Of a DNA stretch of 64,000 nucleotides, positions 21,201-34,900 are shown piece after piece. The notes below the pieces were generated by a model. The model worked only from the letters and a program-made list of their open reading frames with translations. It searched no databases and was not told where the DNA came from. Position 1 is the stretch's first letter; every line of letters begins with the position of its first letter. The position numbers and the translations under genes are program-made. Source of the stretch: Nemertoderma westbladi (lineage: Eukaryota; Animalia; Xenacoelomorpha); the NCBI GenBank assembly GCA_032718475.1, contig JAUCBJ010007484.1, positions 1 to 64,000 on the forward strand, given 5' to 3'.

Positions 21201-21675
21201 TAAGTTGATTACGGTAAAAACACCATTTTCCACCTGCATTTTAAGGGAAATTAATTGTTTTACAGTATAAGATTTAAATAATTATACTTAAAAATTATAC
21301 AGATGTAATCCACATACGCCATTCTATTATAGTTTTTAATTAGTTCAAGTGATTTGCTTTAATAATTGTGTCTTTAATTGATCTAAAGTAATTAAAACGG
21401 CAAAAAAAATTGATTCTCATTAAATACTGCTCATTTATTGGTTAACTTCCAAGTTGGCTTGTTTCCCAGCAACACTTGAGGTATTCAGTCAGCCTTGCTT
21501 GTAAGAGGCAGACTGCTGCTGCTGCTGGTAGGATAGCATTAATTCCCCATCCATTCACTCACTCTCCTTTCAACTGGCTGACTGGAGAGTGGAGGTGTGA
21601 GGGGCGAGACACGTATGGCGAGCCATCAGCGAACTGATATAATTATACTATGGCCGTTTTTCAAAAGTCTTTGTG

Positions 21676-22731
<1,056 letters not shown>

Positions 22732-22958
22732 GGCAAATATACCAAAGGGCCTACTTTGCAAGCTCTTTTTCCGCTATTGTGCTAACTTTTCCAAAGTGCT
22801 AACTTAAAGTGCTAACTCGTGGTCCTTGCAATCTGAAACTTTGTCAAAACGTGTTTTAGAGTTAGCATTTTACCACTTTTGGAGTCGAGTGTGTCATGTG
22901 TATGAAAAACTTGGCCCCCCTTAGCGGCATTATGGGAACTGGTACTTTTCAAACACAC

Positions 22959-23155
22959 TTAAACACTCAAGAGTATGGAATGGCCATAATGCTAACTTAC
23001 AAACACACTTCTTACACTTACATTCCATTTGTACCAACTACCAAGTGCTAAATGATTAAACACTCAAGAGTATGGAATGGCCATAATGCTAACTTACAAA
23101 CACACTTCTTACACTTACATTCCATTTGTACCAACTACCAAGTGCTAAATGATTA
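22959..23155. repeat. 97-bp tandem duplication
   Basis: TTAAACACTCAAGAGTATGG...AAGTGCTAAATGA starts at 22959 and again at 23056. Confidence 0.93.
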
Positions 23156-24826
23156 TAAGACCGCAAATACCCTAATAAGCTAACTCGCTGAATGTTAATT
23201 GCAAATACCCCTCCGTTTCGCGAATAGCCAATTGTACACGTATAACCTAATAATAAAAGCGTTTTGCACAAACTGCGGTGGCGCTAAAGTCTTAACTTAT
23301 TACTTTTAGATAGTCTTTGAAAGTACTCTATACAAAGTCCTAACCCGATAACTGTGTATTGTCATGGAAACGTAATGGTTTCTTACCTGGACATCCATAC
23401 AATGTATTTAAATTTATTGCACAGGCGACATATTATTATGTAGTGAGTGATTGCCGTGGAATGTAAATACCTAGATATATTGACAATCGTTATTTCAAAA
23501 TTCATCCGGTCTAATTGTTGAGATACCCCAAATTGAGGTTCTAAATTTGTGAAAATATTAGTGAAACAATTTTATGGTTAAAGAGAAAACTCTATTTGTT
23601 TTTATGTAGAGTAATGCGTAATTTTATTCCACAAAGTTGCCTTTTCTTTTATAGCAGGTAAATTGCAATAATTAGTGCATTATAGGCGTACCTAAACGTG
23701 CGCTATTTTTATGAAAATTAACCACTTCTCGATGTGGTGATATCCTCGTAACGCAGCTAAGTAATAATCACTAACTTAGTAACAATAAACTTCTATAACA
23801 AATATTGATAGTATTTCCCATTACTGATAACCATTGATTGTAGGCGAAGTGTAAGTTTAGTTGATGTACCAACTGCTATTAATTGCATAAAAAGGATATG
23901 AATTTCATTAATATTCCTAAACATTACAATATTAATGCTAATAATGAAGCATTCAGAACGCCCTTAAATCGACATAACTTAACAAAATGGCACCATTTTG
24001 TGAAAAGTGAACTGTCAACGTGTATGAATGAATGACCCTTGTATATTTATGGAAACATCCATCGCCACCCTCGCTCGGTACATAAATACTGCTTATGTGA
24101 AACCTTTCACACAATCATGTAAAATAGTTATAGTTTCACTTTTATTAATTTACAATATTTGCAGGAAAAAATAATACAATTCAATCATTATTCGTGTAAC
24201 ATCAGTTATAAATCGCTAAATTATGAAAGTTTCTTTGCATAAATCATTACGTCGGTTTTTCTGACTTTTATTGTCTGCTATATTTTAATTTTTTTTACCT
24301 ATTATCAATAATGTTTTTTACTTTCTCTCGTGTTATTTTAGTTTTCGTTGGTTAGTCAATCACACTTATATTCAATTTGTACTAAGTGCTAAATGATTGT
24401 AAGACCGAAAATATTGATTGCGAATACCCCTCAGTTTCGCAAATAACCAATTTCACATCGAACACAAAAATAAAACCGTTTGCATAAACTCCGGGAGCGC
24501 TAAAGTCCTAACTTATACTTTCTTTTGAAAGTACTTTATACAAAGTCCTAGCCCGATAATTTTGTATTGTCATGGAAACCTAATGGTTTCTTACCTGGAC
24601 ATTGACAACTAGTCTAATGAAACATAGGCAAACCGAAATTTATTCCCAGATTGAAACGAATAAGAATGGTGAAATGGAAAACTTACACATAGATAGACAA
24701 TCGTTATTAGAATATTTCCTCGTTTTGTCTATTGTTGAGATATAATAAAATACATAAAACACAAACTCAAACTGTGGCAAATTTAATTTGGGTTGTAAAT
24801 TGGTGAAATTAGTTAGTGAAACAATA
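23140..24826. repeat. Diverged direct repeat pair of about 430 bp (23140-23570 and 24384-24826)
   Basis: Collinear shared blocks: AAGTGCTAAATGATT, AATACCCCTC.GTTTCGC, GCGCTAAAGTC, TATACAAAGTCCTA, TGTATTGTCATGGAAAC, TAATGGTTTCTTACCTGGACAT, GACAATCGTTATT, TTAGTGAAACAAT. Confidence 0.85.
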
Positions 24827-25541
24827 AATATAATATGCGTCAGATTAATAATTAACAATTGTTAAAATTCGAAACAATTAAAATTCACTATAATGATAGG
24901 CTGATCAGAGTAACTTAAACCCACATAAATAATTCCCTTGAGTGAATTCTATCCGCGTACGAGAAATTAAATATAAAAATGTTAATTATGCGATCATTTT
25001 AGAAATTTTGATCTTATGAAAAGATAATGAAAGGAGTCATAGTGAAATTCTCATATTAAAGCAACGTTTCAAAACCAATCCGGATAATTCTAAAGTGCCG
25101 GGGGAAAATAAATTAATAACACAGTCCAAGAATTGGAGCCGCACCTAACTAATATATCGTGGACACTGATAAAACACAAGATATACTGTATAATAATAAT
25201 TTCGATGAAAAATATGAAGCATTAGTTGCATCATTAACTGAAATATGACTCATCTCATTGCACTGATTAAAATGAATAGCCTTGAATTATTATATAGGAG
25301 CTACGGCAATTTTGATATTTTGTATCTCTTAGAATTTTCCCAGGAGTCTTTTTCCCAAGTTTTGTTTTGAATCCTTTACTGTAAAATGATGATCCATTAC
25401 CAAATTTAATAGAACATTCCCTTGCAATAAATAGACCTATAAACTGATCTCAATTTTTCAAAACCAAGTTGCATATCGTCACTACTGTAATCTTTGACAA
25501 GTTTTTCTGATAAATGAAAAATCAGGTATCCCGAATGCCAA

Positions 25542-25639
25542 CTAGCTAGGATCGGCATGATGCATTGCAGCTGCATTTTTAAAAATGCTGTGCCGGCTTG
25601 TCGACAAAATTGCGCCGCCACAACTCCCTATCACCCATG
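25542..25639 (-). mobile_element. RTE-clade LINE 3'-terminal fragment (copy 3, about 100 bp)
   Basis: Reverse complement of CATGGGTGATAGGGAGTTGTGGCGG...GCAATGCA.CATGCCGATCCTAG, matching 8130-8223 and 10979-11072. Confidence 0.92.
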
Positions 25640-25975
25640 CAGGGTTGTTTGAATTAAATCATTTGATTTAAATCACATATAAAAATAAAAAAAATTCAGA
25701 TAGTTTTGATTTTTTTTAAATCATGAATTTTATCAATTATGCTTTAAGGCCACGATAAACATTGCATTACTGATTATTAATAAATGATTCAAATTACCTT
25801 AATATTTACATAACAATACAGTATCATCTCGCATTTCCAATACCATACAGTATTCACAGGCCCATTAATTAAGTTGTACTTTAGAGTTCTATTCAGTTTG
25901 TTGTTTATTTAGTTTATATTCGAATTCAAACTTTTCGGGATTTCCGGGATCGGGACCGGGATTATTCCTCTCGAG
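25640..25975. mobile_element. Possible hAT-like DNA transposon end
   Basis: Starts CAGGGTTG exactly where RTE copy 3 homology stops. It has repeated TTAAATCA motifs and four CGGGA(T) motifs at 25936-25962. No partner TIR is in the window. Confidence 0.4.
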
Positions 25976-28900
25976 ATAACAGGATGTATGATTGTAGGAT
26001 GTATGTTTGAGTGTAGACTTTAGAACCATAACAGGATGTATGATTGTAGGATGTATGTTTGAGTGTAGACTTTAGAACCATAACAGGGTGTATGATTGTA
26101 GGAAGTATGTTTGAGTGTAGACTTTAGAACCATAACAGGGTGTATGATTGTAGGATGTATGTTTGAGTGTAGACTTTAGAACCATAACAGGATGTATGAT
26201 TGTAGGATGTATGTTTGAGTGTAGACTTTAGAACCATAACAGGGTGTATGATTGTAGGAAGTATGTTTGAGTGTAGACTTTAGAACCATAACAGGGTGTA
26301 TGATTGTAGGATGTATGTTTGAGTGTAGACTTTAGAACCATAACAGGGTAAATGATTGTAGGATGTATGTTTGAGTGTAGACTTTAGAACCATAACAGGA
26401 TGTATGATTGTAGGATGTATGTTTGAGTGTAGACTTTAGAACCATAACAGGGTGTATAATTGTAGGAAGTATGTTTGAGTGTAGACTTTAGAACCATAAC
26501 AGGGTGTATGATTGTAGGATGTATGTTTGAGTGTAGACTTTAGAACCATAACAAGGTAAATGATTGTAGGAAGTATGTTTGAGTGTAGACTTTAGAACCA
26601 TAACAAGGTAAATGATTGTAGGAAGTATGTTTGAGTGTAGACTTTAGAACCATAACAGGATGTATGATTGTAGGATGTATGTTTGAGTGTAGACTTTAGA
26701 ACCATAACGGGGTGTATGATTGTAGATTGTAGGATGTATGTTTGAGTGTAGACTTTAGAACCATAACAGGATGTATGATTGTAGGAAGTATGTTTGAGTG
26801 TAGACTTTAGAACCATAACAGGATGAATGATTGTAGGAAGTATGTTTGAGTGTAGACTTTAGAACCATAACAGGATGAATGATTGTAGGAAGTATGTTTG
26901 AGTGTAGACTTTAGAACCATAACAGGATGTATGATTGTAGGAAGTATGTTTGAGTGTAGACTTTAGAACCATAACAGGGTGTATGATTGTAGGAAGTATG
27001 TTTGAGTGTAGACTTTAGAACCATAACAGGGTGTATGATTGTAGGATGTATGTTTGAGTGTAGACTTTAGAACCATAACAAGGTAAATGATTGTAGGAAG
27101 TATGTTTGAGTGTAGACTTTAGAACCATAACAAGGTAAATGATTGTAGGAAGTATGTTTGAGTGTAGACTTTAGAACCATAACAGGATGTATGATTGTAG
27201 GATGTATGTTTGAGTGTAGACTTTAGAACCATAACGGGGTGTATGATTGTAGATTGTAGGATGTATGTTTGAGTGTAGACTTTAGAACCATAACAGGATG
27301 TATGATTGTAGGAAGTATGTTTGAGTGTAGACTTTAGAACCATAACAGGATGAATGATTGTAGGAAGTATGTTTGAGTGTAGACTTTAGAACCATAACAG
27401 GATGAATGATTGTAGGAAGTATGTTTGAGTGTAGACTTTAGAACCATAACAGGATGTATGATTGTAGGAAGTATGTTTGAGTGTAGACTTTAGAACCATA
27501 ACAGGGTGTATGATTGTAGGATGTATGTTTGAGTGTAGACTTTAGAACCATAACAGGGTGTATGATTGTAGGAAGTATGTTTGAGTGTAGACTTTAGAAC
27601 CATAACAGGGTGTATGATTGTAGGAAGTATGTTTGAGTGTAGACTTTAGAACCATAACAGGATGTATGATTGTAGGATGTATGTTTGAGTGTAGACTTTA
27701 GAACCATAACAGGGTGTATGATTGTAGGAAGTATGTTTGAGTGTAGACTTTAGAACCATAACAGGGTGTATGATTGTAGGATGTATGTTTGAGTGTAGAC
27801 TTTAGAACCATAACAAGGTAAATGATTGTAGGAAGTATGTTTGAGTGTAGACTTTAGAACCATAACAAGGTAAATGATTGTAGGAAGTATGTTTGAGTGT
27901 AGACTTTAGAACCATAACAGGATGTATGATTGTAGGAAGTATGTTTGAGTGTAGACTTTAGAACCATAACAGGGTGTATGATTGTAGGAAGTATGTTTGA
28001 GTATAGACTTTAGAACCATAACAGGATGTATGATTGTAGGAAGTATGTTTGAGTGTAGACTTTAGAACCATAACAGGGTGTATGATTGTAGGAAGTATGT
28101 TTGAGTGTAGACTTTAGAACCATAACAGGGTGTATGATTGTAGGAAGTATGTTTGAGTGTAGACGTTAGAACCATAACAGGATGTATGATTGTAGGATGT
28201 AGTATGTTTGAGTGTAGACTTTAGAACCATAACAGGATGTATGATTGTAGGATGTAGTATGTTTGAGTGTAGACTTTAGAACCATAACAGGATGTATGAT
28301 TGTAGGATGTAGTATGTTTGAGTGTAGACTTTAGAACCATAACAGGGTGTATGATTGTAGGATGTAGTATGTTTGAGTGTAGACTTTAGAACCATAACAG
28401 GATGTATGATTGTAGGATGTAGTATGTTTGAGTGTAGACTTTAGAACCATAACAGGATGTATGATTGTAGGATGTAGTATGTTTGAGTGTAGACTTTAGA
28501 ACCATAACAGGATGTATGATTGTAGGATGTAGTATGTTTGAGTGTAGACTTTAGAACCATAACAGGATGTATGATTGTAGGATGTAGTATGTTTGAGTGT
28601 AGACTTTAGAACCATAACAGGGTGTATGATTGTAGGAAGTATGTTTGAGTGTAGACTTTAGAACCATAACAGGGTGTATGATTGTAGGAAGTATGTTTGA
28701 GTGTAGACTTTAGAACCATAACAGGGTGTATGATTGTAGGAAGTATGTTTGAGTGTAGACTTTAGAACCATAACAGGGTGTATGATTGTAGGATGTATGT
28801 TTGAGTGTAGACTTTAGAACCATAACAGGGTGTATGATTGTAGGAAGTATGTTTGAGTGTAGACTTTAGAACCATAACAGGGTGTATGATTGTAGGAAGT

Positions 28901-31900
28901 ATGTTTGAGTGTAGACTTTAGAACCATAACAGGGTGTATGATTGTAGGATGTAGTATGTTTGAGTGTAGACTTTAGAACCATAACAGGGTGTATGATTGT
29001 AGGAAGTATGTTTGAGTGTAGACTTTAGAACCATAACAGGGTGTATGATTGTAGGAAGTATGTTTGAGTGTAGACTTTAGAACCATAACAGGGTGTATGA
29101 TTGTAGGATGTATGTTTGAGTGTAGACTTTAGAACCATAACAGGGTGTATGATTGTAGGATGTATGTTTGAGTGTAGACTTTAGAACCATAACAGGGTGT
29201 ATGATTGTAGGAAGTATGTTTGAGTGTAGACTTTAGAACCATAACAGGGTGTATGATTGTAGGATGTATGTTTGAGTGTAGACTTTAGAACCATAACAGG
29301 GTGTATGATTGTAGGATGTATGTTTGAGTGTAGACTTTAGAACCATAACAGGGTGTATGATTGTAGGATGTATGTTTGAGTGTAGACTTTAGAACCATAA
29401 CAGGGTGTATGATTGTAGGAAGTATGTTTGAGTGTAGACTTTAGAACCATAACAGGGTGTATGATTGTAGGAAGTATGTTTGAGTGTAGACTTTAGAACC
29501 ATAACAGGGTGTATGATTGTAGGATGTATGTTTGAGTGTAGACTTTAGAACCATAACAGGGTGTATGATTGTAGGATGTATGTTTGAGTGTAGACTTTAG
29601 AACCATAACAGGGTGTATGATTGTAGGAAGTATGTTTGAGTGTAGACTTTAGAACCATAACAGGGTGTATGATTGTAGGAAGTATGTTTGAGTGTAGACT
29701 TTAGAACCATAACAGGATGTATGATTGTAGGATGTAGTATGTTTGAGTGTAGACTTTAGAACCATAACAGGGTGTATGATTGTAGGATGTAGTATGTTTG
29801 AGTGTAGACTTTAGAACCATAACAGGATGTATGATTGTAGGATGTAGTATGTTTGAGTGTAGACTTTAGAACCATAACAGGATGTATGATTGTAGGATGT
29901 AGTATGTTTGAGTGTAGACTTTAGAACCATAACAGGATGTATGATTGTAGGATGTAGTATGTTTGAGTGTAGACTTTAGAACCATAACAGGATGTATGAT
30001 TGTAGGATGTAGTATGTTTGAGTGTAGACTTTAGAACCATAACAGGGTGTATGATTGTAGGAAGTATGTTTGAGTGTAGACTTTAGAACCATAACAGGGT
30101 GTATGATTGTAGGAAGTATGTTTGAGTGTAGACTTTAGAACCATAACAGGATGTATGATTGTAGGAAGTATGTTTGAGTGTAGACTTTAGAACCATAACA
30201 GGGTGTATGATTGTAGGAAGTATGTTTGAGTGTAGACTTTAGAACCATAACAGGATGTATGATTGTAGGAAGTATGTTTGAGTGTAGACTTTAGAACCAT
30301 AACAGGGTGTATGATTGTAGGAAGTATGTTTGAGTGTAGACTTTAGAACCATAACAGGATGTATGATTGTAGGATGTATGTTTGAGTGTAGACTTTAGAA
30401 CCATAACAGGGTGTATGATTGTAGGAAGTATGTTTGAGTGTAGACGTTAGAACCATAACAGGGTGTATGATTGTAGGATGTATGTTTGAGTGTAGACTTT
30501 AGAACCATAACAGGGTGTATGATTGTAGGAAGTATGTTTGAGTGTAGACGTTAGAACCATAACAGGATGTATGATTGTAGGATGTAGTATGTTTGAGTGT
30601 AGACTTTAGAACCATAACAGGATGTATGATTGTAGGATGTAGTATGTTTGAGTGTAGACTTTAGAACCATAACAGGATGTATGATTGTAGGATGTAGTAT
30701 GTTTGAGTGTAGACTTTAGAACCATAACAGGGTGTATGATTGTAGGATGTAGTATGTTTGAGTGTAGACTTTAGAACCATAACAGGATGTATGATTGTAG
30801 GATGTAGTATGTTTGAGTGTAGACTTTAGAACCATAACAGGGTGTATGATTGTAGGATGTAGTATGTTTGAGTGTAGACTTTAGAACCATAACAGGATGT
30901 ATGATTGTAGGATGTAGTATGTTTGAGTGTAGACTTTAGAACCATAACAGGGTGTATGATTGTAGGATGTAGTATGTTTGAGTGTAGACTTTAGAACCAT
31001 AACAGGATGTATGATTGTAGGATGTAGTATGTTTGAGTGTAGACTTTAGAACCATAACAGGATGTATGATTGTAGGATGTAGTATGTTTGAGTGTAGACT
31101 TTAGAACCATAACAGGATGTATGATTGTAGGATGTAGTATGTTTGAGTGTAGACTTTAGAACCATAACAGGATGTATGATTGTAGGATGTAGTATGTTTG
31201 AGTGTAGACTTTAGAACCATAACAGGATGTATGATTGTAGGATGTAGTATGTTTGAGTGTAGACTTTAGAACCATAACAGTGTGTATGATTGTAGGAAGT
31301 ATGTTTGAGTGTAGACTTTAGAACCATAACAGGGTGTATGATTGTAGGAAGTATGTTTGAGTGTAGACTTTAGAACCATAACAGGATGTATGATTGTAGG
31401 AAGTATGTTTGAGTGTAGACTTTAGAACCATAACAGGATGTATGATTGTAGGAAGTATGTTTGAGTGTAGACTTTAGAACCATAACAGGATGTATGATTG
31501 TAGGAAGTATGTTTGAGTGTAGACTTTAGAACCATAACAGGGTGTATGATTGTAGGATGTATGTTTGAGTGTAGACTTTAGAACCATAACAGGGTGTATG
31601 ATTGTAGGATGTATGTTTGAGTGTAGACTTTAGAACCATAACAGGATGTATGATTGTAGGAAGTATGTTTGAGTGTAGACTTTAGAACCATAACAGGGTG
31701 TATGATTGTAGGAAGTATGTTTGAGTGTAGACTTTAGAACCATAACAGGATGTATGATTGTAGGAAGTATGTTTGAGTGTAGACTTTAGAACCATAACAG
31801 GGTGTATGATTGTAGGAAGTATGTTTGAGTGTAGACTTTAGAACCATAACAGGGTGTATGATTGTAGGAAGTATGTTTGAGTGTAGACTTTAGAACCATA

Positions 31901-34900
31901 ACAGGATGTATGATTGTAGGAAGTATGTTTGAGTGTAGACTTTAGAACCATAACAGGGTGTATGATTGTAGATTGTAGGATGTATGTTTGAGTGTAGACT
32001 TTAGAACCATAACAGGGTGTATGATTGTAGGAAGTATGTTTGAGTGTAGACTTTAGAACCATAACAGGATGTATGATTGTAGGAAGTATGTTTGAGTGTA
32101 GACTTTAGAACCATAACAGGGTGTATGATTGTAGGAAGTATGTTTGAGTGTAGACTTTAGAACCATAACAGGGTGTATGATTGTAGGAAGTATGTTTGAG
32201 TGTAGACTTTAGAACCATAACAAGGTAAATGATTGTAGGAAGTATGTTTGAGTGTAGACTTTAGAACCATAACAGGATGTATGATTGTAGGATGTATGTT
32301 TGAGTGTAGACTTTAGAACCATAACAAGGTAAATGATTGTAGGAAGTATGTTTGAGTGTAGACTTTAGAACCATAACAGGATGTATGATTGTAGGATGTA
32401 TGTTTGAGTGTAGACTTTAGAACCATAACAAGGTAAATGATTGTAGGAAGTATGTTTGAGTGTAGACTTTAGAACCATAACAGGGTGTATGATTGTAGGA
32501 AGTATGTTTGAGTGTAGACTTTAGAACCATAACAGGGTGTATGATTGTAGGAAGTATGTTTGAGTGTAGACTTTAGAACCATAACAGGATGTATGATTGT
32601 AGGAAGTATGTTTGAGTGTAGACTTTAGAACCATAACAGGGTGTATGATTGTAGGAAGTATGTTTGAGTGTAGACTTTAGAACCATAACAAGGTAAATGA
32701 TTGTAGGAAGTATGTTTGAGTGTAGACTTTAGAACCATAACAGGATGTATGATTGTAGGATGTATGTTTGAGTGTAGACTTTAGAACCATAACAAGGTAA
32801 ATGATTGTAGGAAGTATGTTTGAGTGTAGACTTTAGAACCATAACAGGATGTATGATTGTAGGATGTATGTTTGAGTGTAGACTTTAGAACCATAACAGG
32901 ATGTATGATTGTAGGATGTAGTATGTTTGAGTGTAGACTTTAGAACCATAACAGGGTGTATGATTGTAGGATGTATGTTTGAGTGTAGACTTTAGAACCA
33001 TAACAGGATGTATGATTGTAGGATGTATGTTTGAGTGTAGACTTTAGAACCATAACAGGATGTATGATTGTAGGATGTAGTATGTTTGAGTGTAGACTTT
33101 AGAACCATAACAGGGTGTATGATTGTAGGATGTATGTTTGAGTGTAGACTTTAGAACCATAACAGGATGTATGATTGTAGGATGTATGTTTGAGTGTAGA
33201 CTTTAGAACCATAACAGGGTGTATGATTGTAGGATGTATGTTTGAGTGTAGACTTTAGAACCATAACAGGATGTATGATTGTAGGATGTAGTATGTTTGA
33301 GTGTAGACTTTAGAACCATAACAGGGTGTATGATTGTAGGATGTATGTTTGAGTGTAGACTTTAGAACCATAACAGGATGTATGATTGTAGGAAGTATGT
33401 TTGAGTGTAGACTTTAGAACCATAACAGGGTGTATGATTGTAGGAAGTATGTTTGAGTGTAGACTTTAGAACCATAACAAGGTAAATGATTGTAGGAAGT
33501 ATGTTTGAGTGTAGACTTTAGAACCATAACAGGATGTATGATTGTAGGATGTATGTTTGAGTGTAGACTTTAGAACCATAACAGGATGTATAATTGTAGG
33601 ATGTATGTTTGAGTGTAGACTTTAGAACCATAACAAGGTAAATGATTGTAGGAAGTATGTTTGAGTGTAGACTTTAGAACCATAACAGGGTGTATGATTG
33701 TAGGAAGTATGTTTGAGTGTAGACTTTAGAACCATAACAGGGTGTATGATTGTAGGAAGTATGTTTGAGTGTAGACTTTAGAACCATAACAGGATGTATG
33801 ATTGTAGGAAGTATGTTTGAGTGTAGACTTTAGAACCATAACAGGGTGTATGATTGTAGGAAGTATGTTTGAGTGTAGACTTTAGAACCATAACAAGGTA
33901 AATGATTGTAGGAAGTATGTTTGAGTGTAGACTTTAGAACCATAACAGGATGTATGATTGTAGGATGTATGTTTGAGTGTAGACTTTAGAACCATAACAA
34001 GGTAAATGATTGTAGGAAGTATGTTTGAGTGTAGACTTTAGAACCATAACAGGATGTATGATTGTAGGATGTATGTTTGAGTGTAGACTTTAGAACCATA
34101 ACAGGATGTATGATTGTAGGATGTAGTATGTTTGAGTGTAGACTTTAGAACCATAACAGGGTGTATGATTGTAGGATGTATGTTTGAGTGTAGACTTTAG
34201 AACCATAACAGGATGTATGATTGTAGGATGTATGTTTGAGTGTAGACTTTAGAACCATAACAGGATGTATGATTGTAGGATGTAGTATGTTTGAGTGTAG
34301 ACTTTAGAACCATAACAGGGTGTATGATTGTAGGATGTATGTTTGAGTGTAGACTTTAGAACCATAACAGGATGTATGATTGTAGGATGTAGTATGTTTG
34401 AGTGTAGACTTTAGAACCATAACAGGGTGTATGATTGTAGGATGTATGTTTGAGTGTAGACTTTAGAACCATAACAGGATGTATGATTGTAGGATGTATG
34501 TTTGAGTGTAGACTTTAGAACCATAACAAGGTATATGATTGTAGGAAGTATGTTTGAGTGTAGACTTTAGAACCATAACAGGATGTATGATTGTAGGATG
34601 TATGTTTGAGTGTAGACTTTAGAACCATAACAGGATGTATGATTGTAGGATGTAGTATGTTTGAGTGTAGACTTTAGAACCATAACAGGGTGTATGATTG
34701 TAGGATGTATGTTTGAGTGTAGACTTTAGAACCATAACAGGGTGTATGATTGTAGGATGTATGTTTGAGTGTAGACTTTAGAACCATAACAGGGTGTATG
34801 ATTGTAGGATGTATGTTTGAGTGTAGACTTTAGAACCATAACAGGATGTATGATTGTAGGATGTAGTATGTTTGAGTGTAGACTTTAGAACCATAACAGG

